A stretch of DNA of 33,000 bases from Neoechinorhynchus agilis (Eukaryota > Animalia > Acanthocephala): the NCBI GenBank assembly GCA_051530055.1, contig CM121343.1, forward strand, positions 4,310,389 to 4,343,388, read 5' to 3'. A program made the translations under genes and the position numbers. Of the stretch, positions 23,495-33,000 are shown in pieces. The first letter of the stretch is position 1. Every line of letters starts with the position of its first letter. The notes under the pieces were generated by a model. That model had not been told where the DNA came from and ran no database searches. It saw nothing but the letters and a program-made list of their open reading frames with translations.

Positions 23495-23563
23495 GGGACG
23501 AAATACCGCCGAAGGGAGGAAACTCACTGATGAGTCCCGTCTCCTGGAGGTATCTGAGAATCC
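23495..23563 (+). ncRNA. Hammerhead ribozyme-like motif, non-circularly permuted (best copy; equivalent motifs at 22096-22166, 22480-22548, ~22813-22876 defective, 23151-23219)
   Basis: GGGAC-GAAA-UACC (23495-23507), CUCA-CUGAUGA-GUCCC (23523-23538) and GGUAU-C-UGAG (23549-23558). Stem II = GGGAC/GUCCC, stem III = A-UACC/GGUA-U, stem I = CUCA/UGAG extended by GGA/UCC. AUC cleavage triplet with predicted cut after 23554. Confidence 0.8.
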
Positions 23564-24698
23564 AGAGGGATATACAAACTCGTACCGGATAGTTCAGTGC
23601 TTTGAGTAAGCCCAAATTTTAACAGCAGTTTCATAATAGGCCACACGTCGATATAAATTATTGGCTGGCCAATCTTCATAACAATATTTTATGTTAAAAG
23701 CAATTTCCTGTTACGCCTAAAGTGTTTACGAGGTATGGATCATTACGACGTCGAAAAATTTAAAGGTAAAACATGAAAGCAAACTTATACGAGAAATCGA
23801 TAGGATGAGGAAATCAGTGTTTTTAAAGCATCTAAAAAGGAGTTTTAATTGTCAATCGATACTTTGAAATTGTACTGTACATGTTTTGTTATAGCGGAAA
23901 ACTAAGGCCTGCGCCGATGAATAGGGGCGTCGAAGAAACTATAAATCCAGCGTAAAAATTAAAAGAATTTATTAAATCCGATATTTTGGTAAAAAAAACT
24001 TTGAAAATAAATGTAAAAGCACTTTATAAAAAATAAACAAAGTCTGATTTAAGAGGCTACGAACTTAAGAAAAAATTGATATTTCCAATCAATATCAAAT
24101 TATCTAATTTTGATATACGTGCAGAAAAATTATCGCCCAGAGCTCATGCTAAAACTCTCAATTTAGTAAACTATTGATGCTCATTTCAATCACGAAAAAA
24201 AGTAGTAATTGCAGCTTTTTTGCTTCAAGAAATCACTTCGTTTATTTCTTAATTCATCCCTCAAATACTAGAAATGGTTACTCTTTATTTCATTCTTTTC
24301 AACCTTTCTTAAATCCATTCCGCTTATTTAACTGCCATTTCATTTTTACGAAATCCTTCTGGCAATTCCCATAAATGTTTTATATGCTGAATATTCTATA
24401 ATTCCTTACAATGGATTTTATCACGAATTTTCCCATAAAAATCAAATCCTTAGAATTGCATGGAGTCGGCGAGCCATTGAGACAATTGCTGCCGTGAGAC
24501 CAAACAGAACAGATTTTTTGGTGGCAACAACAATAATTTATCAGAGAAACCAGTAATTCAGAAGACGAAGACTAGATGAATCCTCGAGGCAATGGAGACC
24601 GTTATTTGTTAGCGAAAATTTCGACGAATTGTGAAAAACTTATCATAGTCCTATTAATTGAGAATAACTCTTGGTAAAAGTATTTACCGTTTTTCACT

Positions 24699-25010
24699 TG
24701 CAGTCTCGAAATCGCTGGAGGTGCAGCCAGTGCAGCGGAAGGAAGGTACGAAAATATAGGGATTTAGCAAGGATCCACTATTTTGTCCCCTTCGGAGTAG
24801 AGACGTATGGAGCGCTCGGCAGCTCGGCACTCTGCTCCAGGATCTCTCGAAGAAATTGAGAGAAACGACCGGCGATGCACGAGCAGGTGTATTCCTGCGA
24901 CAAAATATCTCGCAGTAGAACGAGGCAACGCTGCTAGCGTGATTGCGGCAGCCGAGGAAGGAGAGAAGCTAAGATTTTGCGGACGGTGGTGATTGCACGT
25001 TTTGTGTTTT
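24699..25010 (+). mobile_element. 3' fragment of the same CRE family as 4681-6711
   Basis: Near-identical to the RLE/3' end of the first copy (RKYRDLARIHYFVPFGVETYGA...FLRQNIS, then GGTGGTGATT(A/G)CACGTTTTGT), with small indels. Confidence 0.9.
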
Positions 25011-25189
25011 TTATTGAAAAACCTACAAAAGGTAAAATAACCTTAAAGAAAGAGAAATTTCACCTGCAAATCAAGCTCAACTTCCGTTAATTAATCGGGG
25101 CATTTCTCACTATAATCATTGCCACCGTCATTTCAACCTATAGAAACAAACATACAGTGAAAATCGTGTAAATAAAGCTTTGGCATCTC

Positions 25190-25412
25190 ATTCTGAATAT
25201 CAACTGCCGAAATTTTATGATAGAAACATAACTTAGGACCACACTCGCTACTTTTCCTGTTTGGATCGTGAGACCAATGTTTTGGCGTAGGAATGCACCA
25301 GCTCTTGTATTTTCTGTCTTGGCCTGGAGTCTACTCGATAACTCCTTCATAAATCTAAGTGCCGAACTACCGATCACACCAAGAGTCTCTACTCTCAAAC
25401 GGTACAAAAACC
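25190..25412 (-). mobile_element. 3' fragment of a second, diverged CRE-like family
   Basis: FVPF(fs)VETLGVIGSSALRFMKELSSRLQAKTENTRAGAFLRQNIGLTIQTGKVASV aligns to the RLE C-terminus of the first element; boundaries are approximate. Confidence 0.8.
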
Positions 25413-25536
25413 TGAGACCTACCAAATTAAAACTTGTATTTTAGTTGTAAAGACTATTTTCTTAGGATTAAAAACGTAGTTTCGATCAGTGGCAATCATA
25501 AAATATCTTCTTTTTTTAATAAAATCATTTGGACAT

Positions 25537-26601
25537 TTAATCACCGAATTCTTTTTTGACTTGTTCAAAATATTTCTTTTTGTTTTCTTCCAAAATATCC
25601 AATATTGGTTCCATGTACTCCTTGAATTCATTAGTCATCATTACTCCCACTCTTGTCTTACCAACTGCAAATGCTGAGGCTGCTCTTGGTTTGTTGTCGA
25701 TCAATGCTAATTCGCCAAAGTAGTCACCTTTTTTTATTTCGTTGACAATTCTCACTTGTCCCTTTGATTCAATCTCGATTCTCACTATTCCTTCTTCCAC
25801 AAAGTACATGCACTCTGCATTGTCGCCTTGTTTGATAATACATTGACCATCGTTATAAATCTCCTGCTTAACTGAATTCAGCAAGTACATTTTAGTGTTC
25901 ATGTCAAGGCCGTTAAATAAAGGAATCGAAGTTATGGCATTTTCGTACAAAGTATCCCGTTCTTTAGCCGTTAGCACTACTTTTCTCCTAAACGTTCTTC
26001 GATCAATCATCCAAAGCATCCCATCGGTTACTGCCTTTACAGTTGCATTTCTAGGAGTATCGAAAATCAGAGCCAATTCTCCAAAACATCCAGTGTTTAT
26101 AAATTCATGAACTGTCTCATCATTCGCAAACACTTGGAACTTTCCATCATCGATAATGTAAAAAGTATCACCTTGGTCGCCCTCTTTAATGACGATATCC
26201 CCCGCTTTTACACTTATCGACTCCATTGCATCAGTAATTGCTTCCAACTGCTCGATTCTAAGTTTATCACAAAAAGGAAATGTCTCGAGTTTCGTTCGGA
26301 TTCGTTCCCGTGCTTCTTCAGTCTTCTCAAAGATGCGATCAGTGCCCGTGGCATCTTCCTCTTCGATTGGAATCTCCACGTACGAACACCTTGTGTTCAT
26401 CCCAGAAGGGGGGTCATCCTCTAAATGTTCATTGCTTTCCCGGTTTGAGGTCACAGAAACAGCGTAATCTAACGCTGCCTTTTTAAAGTCAACTCCAGCG
26501 TCCACTTGATACCTCGCTATTAAATATCGAGTTAGACCCACAATATAATCAGCAATCGCGATCGGAACGTTATCATCTTGGGATGGGTTGTCAGAATTCA
26601 T
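25537..26601 (-). CDS. cAMP-dependent protein kinase type II regulatory subunit-like, intronless and divergent
   Basis: 354-aa single ORF with two cNMP-binding domains, each with an intact phosphate-binding cassette (FGELALIFDTPRNATV; FGELALIDNKPRAASA). The second cassette and the KT.E.R.R linker resemble RII. The N-terminal D/D-like helix is degenerate. Confidence 0.9.
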   Translation of the reverse strand: MNSDNPSQDDNVPIAIADYIVGLTRYLIARYQVDAGVDFKKAALDYAVSVTSNRESNEHLEDDPPSGMNTRCSYVEIPIEEEDATGTDRIFEKTEEARERIRTKLETFPFCDKLRIEQLEAITDAMESISVKAGDIVIKEGDQGDTFYIIDDGKFQVFANDETVHEFINTGCFGELALIFDTPRNATVKAVTDGMLWMIDRRTFRRKVVLTAKERDTLYENAITSIPLFNGLDMNTKMYLLNSVKQEIYNDGQCIIKQGDNAECMYFVEEGIVRIEIESKGQVRIVNEIKKGDYFGELALIDNKPRAASAFAVGKTRVGVMMTNEFKEYMEPILDILEENKKKYFEQVKKEFGD

Positions 26602-27522
26602 TCTACCATTTTATTTTTGAACAAAAAGAGATATCCTGGTTGCCATGGATATTTATGCGATCCTCTTGTGTCCATGCATTTCACAGATCATTTCAAGAGT
26701 ATTAAAGTCGATGCCCGATCGTAAAAAAGAGAGAAAATAATTCATGGTTTTGCATTAAAATAGCACTCATTAAGCGAAAAAACAAACAATTTGTTATTTT
26801 AAAATCGAGTGTGAAAATGAAAAGATTTTAGGAGGCTTCATATGCAGTTACCCATTGGCCGTTTGTAGCAGTTTCCTGGACTCATTTCCTGTTGCGTTGT
26901 CGTCCGCCTATTGAATTACGTTGATAATTACTAAGTCCGTTTGGGCTTTGAGTCCCGTGATGTTTAAAATTTTGCCCAGATTCCTGTTTTTTGTTGCAAG
27001 GATAAGAGCGAGGGAGCCTGAATGTCTAACTGTTTGACATGATTTGGAAAGAGGGTGAAAGTTATCCTTTGGGTGGTATGGAGTGTAGCGATGAATTTTG
27101 GTAGAAAACACAATCAAAACTGAGTGTTACAGCATTGAGTGTCCAAGACGTTTTCTAGATCAAAAGAAGATCAAATGCAAGGGACTGGAATAAATTTTAA
27201 GTAATCGTGTATAAAGATTTGGAATGTTATTCTATTTTAAAACGATATAGGCAACTCTAGATCCGAGATTCCGGATTTCTAGTGTTGGTCGTCCGACGAT
27301 CTGGTTGCTGTGGCACTTGCAACAGTACTATAACCTAAACGGCTACCGTCGTGGTTCGCTGTTAACATAAGATTTAACTGTGCTTTTTAAGGCATTCTCG
27401 GCTAGAATTCCAACGTCATCGTTTCATAGTTATTGAATTTAAGGATCGATAACAGGCGCTAATTCGTCTATAGGACAATTTAAAAATCATGAAAACTGAA
27501 ATCCTTTATTGTTGGATATGAC

Positions 27523-30500
27523 TTAAAGTTTTGAGTCGTCTTTTGAATAAGAGCGTATAATTTGTACGGCAGTATCAACGAATTTAAGAACCGAAGCGAA
27601 GACTGGCTGGTTTGTTTCTTGGATTGAACATAGCGAGTAGTTCTTTATAAATTTCAGATTGCAAAGTAGATAAGGAGGATTAGCTTTGACGATTGCATAA
27701 GCCATACAGTGGCTCCTCTGATGGCCGCAAGCGAGCGACGAAACTATTGCGGAAGTGGATTGCTGTTGTTGCTGGTTAAGCTGGTGGTGCGTCTGGTCGC
27801 GCTCAGGATGCAGCATCCAAGCAATGCGTCTCCTGTTGTTCGAAAGATTTGAAATCACCTTTAAAAGACAGTTAAGTTTATCCTTTGGCGTTTTGCAAGC
27901 GTTAAGTAGAGCAAGTTCATCGATTGATTCACTAGAACATCTTCTTAATCGTGGCAATAATGAATCTCGTTGTCTCATAATCATGGCACTGAAAAAGCGG
28001 TCTGACTCAGTACTCGAACTACCTTCAGGAAACATTAGCATCAAATAGACACGCGCAAACGTATTTCGTTCAATTTGAAGCCGGATCACGGACTTTTGAA
28101 CGCTTTCGTTGGCGAACACTGTCGGTATAGCATCGATTCGAACGGCATACTCGACGAAACATGCCTGGAGATTCAAACATCGTTTCTGATTCGATCGGTT
28201 TGATGATATACGAACTTCTAGATCTTGTGAACCTGGAGCTGGTTGTTCTTTGGTCAGTAAGTCAGCGACACTATGAAGAAGTGAACGGACAGTGATTTGC
28301 AACTGATAATCAACGTTTGGAGCCACGTCGTCTAATCGTTGTATTTGAGCCGTCATTGCGTCCTGTCGAGCACTCGAATTCAAAAATAAGGTCCGACAGG
28401 TTCGGCATAACTCGAAAATCATGTTCAACAGAGAAACACACCGATCATTCGTTAAAAGACTGATTGCATGCATTACTTGAGAAATCTTTCGCTGGGTTCT
28501 TGTGTTACCTGTCATCACATGCTGCGAGTATTGAGCTTTTAGGAGCTTAGATAGGGCATCCATGGCAGAGGTGGAACCGGACGATGATGATGATGATGAA
28601 AGGTTGCTATCTTCATCCAATTGCTGCGCTACATTCAACACGGATGGATCAGATCTAATAAATATAGTCCGAAGGAGATCCTTCAAAGCAGAAAATGATT
28701 TTATTTCCTCGGGTTCGGGAATGTTCATTGATACCGAACCCATGTAAAGTGATGATGATGATGATGTGGCCACCATATCAGAAGACGCAAGTGGAAAAGC
28801 AATGTCGAAACCACAAATCGGCTGGTCTCCCGTTTCGAACGGGGGACCCGAGTCATCGTAGTCAGTCGGTGATTTTTGAACGTGTTGTGTAAGAGTGAAA
28901 AACTTTTCGAATGAAGCAAAATCTGTTTTAGAATTTGGTTACGTTTTGGTACGGTGTTGAATTGAGAGACCATTGCTCGACATAAAATCATCGGTGGGCT
29001 ATGTGCTCAATCAAGAAACTCTCAATTCAACACAGAATTAAAATTTAGATTTGATAACATTTTGTAGAACACCTCAATTAGTCAAGTTAGTCGGTTCTCC
29101 GCGGAGAATGGCGAAGATGCAACAAAGCAGTTGAAGGATTGCTTAGGTGATTGTGAAGTTCTGAATTGGCGAATCTGTTTGTGTAAAGAACTAATGATTG
29201 TGCATATTTTCACGAAAAACCTTAGGCTGAGAAGCTTTAAAAGTTGTCTGTAGATGAAACTAAGTCTAAAAGGGAGATAAAAGATCACCGATCGCTGCAT
29301 TATACCGAACTGAATTTGAACTTGTTGAGGTAGTATCATCATTACGGTTGTTTCCACCAAGTGTTTCGGCCTCATCGACGGTCATAAGGTCAAGGAGCAA
29401 AATAGTAGTATCGGTTTCGCTAGGAGTAGGTTCAATACTCCAGCAATCACTTCCAGATGATTTAACCTCGATTGGATGCATTTTCATGAGGTCCTGCACA
29501 ATCGGATTATCTTCTACAACATCACATAGTCGATTCTCAAGTTCGAACGGATCGTGTTCACTTGCACCGGCCACGGTACTCCAATTCTCGGATACATTTG
29601 ATTTGGCGTCGTCTGGCACTTGTCTGCTCGAACTATGTAACTCGAACATATTGAATTTATCGGTAACTTCGGAAGGGTTCGTTGTTTTGGTCGATTGATG
29701 CTGAATTTGAAGGGTTTCATCAGCAACTCCAGAAGATGAGACGCTGTATCCCGTATAAGACAATGAAGCTTGATTATCCATAATTGGCGTGGTTTGATCG
29801 GTGGTATCTTCATTCGAATCTCCACTGGAATTGATACTAATTTGACCTGTGCTATATTCCGAGTAGGCGTAGTCGTGACTAAGTGGCGTGGCGCTACGAG
29901 TAGCCGTCGATACACCGATTCGGGAATTACATGAACCGCCCGTTGCAGTGTCAGTAATTAGCGATTGCACTTCCGAATGATCATTAGTCCGCAATTTTCG
30001 GTCGGTCGATCTTAGATCAATACTAGCTCGAGATATGCTGATTTTTCGATATTCGATGCGATTTGCTAACAATTGAGAAATATCGGGATTAGTACAAGTA
30101 AAATACATGACGGGAAGGCGTTCATCGATGTAATTCATATCTAAAACGATCAAAAGTTCATTTATCGTAACTCACAAACCACTTACTTGCCACTTCTGAA
30201 AGTGAGGTTGGTCGTGTGAGTATTGATAGTGTAGACTTTAAGCACTCCAGGGCGGGATTACCTCTATCGGTCGGTGACTCCAGCGCACTGGCTACGGCTT
30301 TGTCAATCACATTGACCTATATTGAATGTGAGTGTTCATCAAAATGTGTGTGTGTGAGCGAGAAAACACTGTTTAGTCTTGCTTCGTGTTTAATGGACTT
30401 GAGTACAAAAACACCAAGTGCAAAATATCCAGCGTTCCCGTCAGGATTATAGAACTTACGAGCGTTTTAAGTTGACTAAAAGACGTTAAGATGTATTGCC

Positions 30501-33000
30501 TCGTTACTTCACAACCGGGATCGTCAGCTCGAGTAATGCACGGATCGCTTTGAGTCAAGTGGTTCATGATTTGACTATTGAGTTCTGATGCAATTTGATG
30601 CAGTTGTACGAGTTGACTTTTATGGCCGTCGTCATTGTACAACTGACACAAGGACGTGGATATTTGTTTCAGATTATACAGACCGATTTCAGTCACCGCG
30701 ACGCTCGTGTCGCTCAAAGAACCATAAGTATTACTAACCAACTCATTTGAATCATCCGATGACAGAATTCCAGAGTATTCCACGTTCTCCATGGCATTGA
30801 TAACATCTAACGCCCGCCCAAGAGGTAATCAATGTCTAGCGCAAGTTTGATCACTCGTTCAAAAAATACGGAGCCGGCACAAGTGTGTTCGCATTCGTTC
30901 ACAAAGCAGAGTAGCAGTGAACGCAAACCAGCGGGCATTGTTACCAAATGGCACGAGATGGACTCGATGAAACGGTGAGCGAAATTCACGAGTTTACTAT
31001 TGATCATGTTCCGATAGGTGCTTAATTGAGACCGATTGTCATCTCCACTTATCACTGCACCGAACCGCTTCAAACGTTCTGATTTCGAGAAATGATTCAG
31101 TAATAAATCAGTATCCGTGTCTAAGAACCATTCGTCCTCGCTTAAGACACACATTATCTTGACGCTTTTCAACAACAGCCACAGCCTGACGCCGCTATCA
31201 ACAACCACAAGATCCATCCTCAACAATCCTGCCCGAAACTCAAATTCTCACTAAAGTCACAAATTGTCACTTTCTAGTGTGTATGTCCACATATTACGAA
31301 CGCCGTTGAAGCCATTATTGGCTATGTGAAAACATTGTGGGTGTCAATAAGTAATACAAAAACCCGTTTAATAATAGATGTCTAGTGGGAAACTATGGTG
31401 AGAGTTCCACGGTATCGCACCGATTAGTGCATGGGAACCTCCATTGCCAAAATCTAAAGTCGTTATCAAATCAGGCAAACACGAATTAGCCCCTGGTCGA
31501 AATGAATTTTTCTCCTCTCGGTACAACATAGAGCATAAAGTTGACCAACATCGCAGTAAAACAAAAAAACGGAGGACATTCAGATGATTAAAATTTTCGT
31601 TCAATGGCTTCCAAGTAAAATTGAAAAACAACCCCTTATACCAAATTTGGATCGATATAATAACAGAATTATTGTTTACAAGTCTTTATCCGCGGTAAAT
31701 AATTTGTTAAAAGCGTTCTTTGAACAACGCAAAAAAGGGTTAATCGTCAGTTTGTTATTAAAAAAATTATTTACCGGCTGAAGACTTCTAAACAATAATT
31801 CCAGTCCTCCCAAGACGATATCAGGTATTTAAAATAAATATTCTAAAAATAGTTCAAATGGCGATATGTGAGGAAGTGCCGGGAGGGTTTATGATTACCG
31901 AATTATTGTTTACAAGTCTTCATCCGCGGTGAATAATTTGTTAAAAGCGTTCTTTGAACAACGCAAAAAGGGTTCATCGTTAGTTTGTTATTAAATAAAA
32001 AAATTATTTACCGGCTGAAGACTTCTAAACAATAATTCCAGTCCTCCCAAGACGATATCAGGTATTTAAAATAAATATTCTAAAAATAGTTCAAATGGCG
32101 ATATGTGAGGAAGTACCGGGGTCTGTATGATTACAGAATTATTGTTTACAAGTCTTTATCCGCGGTAAATAATTTGTTAAAAGCGTTCTTTGAACCACGC
32201 AAAAAAGGGTTCATCGTTAGTTTGTTATTAAATAAAAAAATTATTTACCGGCTGAAGACTTCTAAACAATAATTCCAGTCCTCCCAAGACGATATCAGGT
32301 ATTTAAAATAAATTTTCTTTAAATAGTTCAAATGGCGATATGTGAGGAAGTACCGGGAGGGTTTATGATTACCGAATTATTGTTTACAAGTCTTCATCCG
32401 CGGTGAATAATTTGTTAAAAGCGTTCTTTGAACAACGCAAAAAAGGGTTAATCGTCAGTTTGTTATTAAAAAAATTATTTACCGGCTGAAGACTTGTAAA
32501 CAATAATTCCAGTCCTCCCAAGACGATATCAGGTATTTAAAATAAATTTTCTTTAAATAGTTCAAGTGGCAATATGTGAGGAAGTACCGGGAGGGTTTAT
32601 GATTACCGAATTATTGTTTACAAGTCTTTATCCGCGGTAGCCCTGTTTGATCGATTTTACTTTTTAATCCGTGGGCGGACAAATAAAGCCATCTACAAGA
32701 AACCTTTGAGGGAAAGAAAAGCGTCACATTACCGGTTGTCTCAACGTTGACCTTAGGAATGCTCTTGTGGACCGATTGTTCATTATGTATAGCTTCAATA
32801 AAGTGTCGATGCTTTCCAATAATCTATGTTCTTTGGCTTCGACCATGGATATGAGGGTATCGAGAATAAGTTGTTCGTCATCGATAAAGAAGGCTGATCC
32901 ATAAATGGAAGCGAAAAGGGCTTCCCATATGGAATCCACGTTCTGATCAGAAGAACCAATATGGTAAAATATGGATTGAACATTTTTGGGTGAGCAAGTA
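27523..33000 (-). CDS. GAPVD1: GTPase-activating protein and VPS9 domain-containing protein 1 (GAPex-5/RME-6-like), multi-exon, 5' end off the window
   Basis: RasGAP-like N-terminus FASIYGS...AFLRSTLRQP|IMCVLSEDEWFLDTD...SERLKRFG (spliced across GT-AG intron 32732-31158); low-complexity Ser/Thr/Asp middle; VPS9-type C-terminus IERNTFARVY...KTPKDKLNCL...IVKANPPYLL...TAVQII; TAA at 27525-27523. Some internal junctions (near 30820 and 29000-29280) are unresolved. Confidence 0.88.
31662..32640. repeat. ~235-bp tandem repeat (4 full copies plus a partial copy) inside a GAPVD1 intron; each monomer has a ~40-bp internal inverted repeat
   Basis: GAATTATTG starts at 31666, 31900, 32136, 32374 and 32608. 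GAATTATTGTTTACAAGTCTTCATCCGCGGTGAATAATTT pairs with AAATTATTTACCGGCTGAAGACTTCTAAACAATAATTC. Confidence 0.93.

Larger units (their letters stand above)
22002..23680 (+). mobile_element. Tandem array (5 copies, ~340-bp monomer) of a tRNA-derived SINE/retrozyme-like element, subfamily A, with a 23-bp inverted segment at the 5' end
   Basis: CUGAUGA cores at 22128, 22512, 22843, 23183 and 23527 (spacings 384, 331, 340, 344). B boxes GGTTCGAA(T/C)CC at 22059, 22775, 23113 and 23457; copy 2 is mutated. The first copy is 5'-truncated inside the tRNA head. Confidence 0.93.

Noticed and set aside
26640-27480. Possible gene or exons between PKA-R and GAPVD1 (ORF 26908-27117)
   Set aside because: No recognisable homology or consistent splice chain.
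31368-31781. ORFs 31368-31631 and 31584-31781 as exons or genes
   Set aside because: They lie inside the GAPVD1 intron 32732-31158, whose removal gives a clean RQP|IMCVLSEDE match to the family.
31775-31800. CTGAAGA in the 235-bp repeat as a hammerhead core
   Set aside because: No GAAA strand with matching stems is present in the monomer; the motif sits inside the long inverted-repeat arm.

Overview
Gene-dense animal (metazoan) genomic window with short GT-AG introns (mostly 45-73 nt) and the standard genetic code; the species cannot be determined from sequence alone. Host genes: a PDZRN3/4-like PDZ protein (-, runs off the left edge), a brainiac-like GT31 glycosyltransferase (+, with one in-frame TGA after its signal anchor), a furin/PCSK5-like proprotein convertase (+, multi-exon), a FATP/SLC27-like acyl-CoA synthetase (+, with one non-canonical 120-nt interruption), an intronless divergent PKA type II regulatory subunit (-) and GAPVD1 (-, runs off the right edge). 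Repeats: a 29-bp minisatellite split by a 5'-truncated CRE-clade non-LTR retrotransposon, a ~136-bp satellite that starts inside the furin stop-codon region, two further CRE 3' fragments, a foldback element, and an intronic ~235-bp hairpin array. The standout system is a ~340-bp tandem repeat (22002-23680, five copies) with a diverged ~402-bp relative (8795-9602). Each monomer joins a tRNA-Ser-derived Pol III head to a hammerhead-ribozyme-like core. The three strands of that core occur in a non-circularly permuted order (GAAA strand, then CUGAUGA strand, then cleavage strand), and a conserved long-range helix suggests a structured, possibly circular, monomer RNA (SINE/retrozyme-like). Single-base deletions in some repeat copies may be assembly errors.
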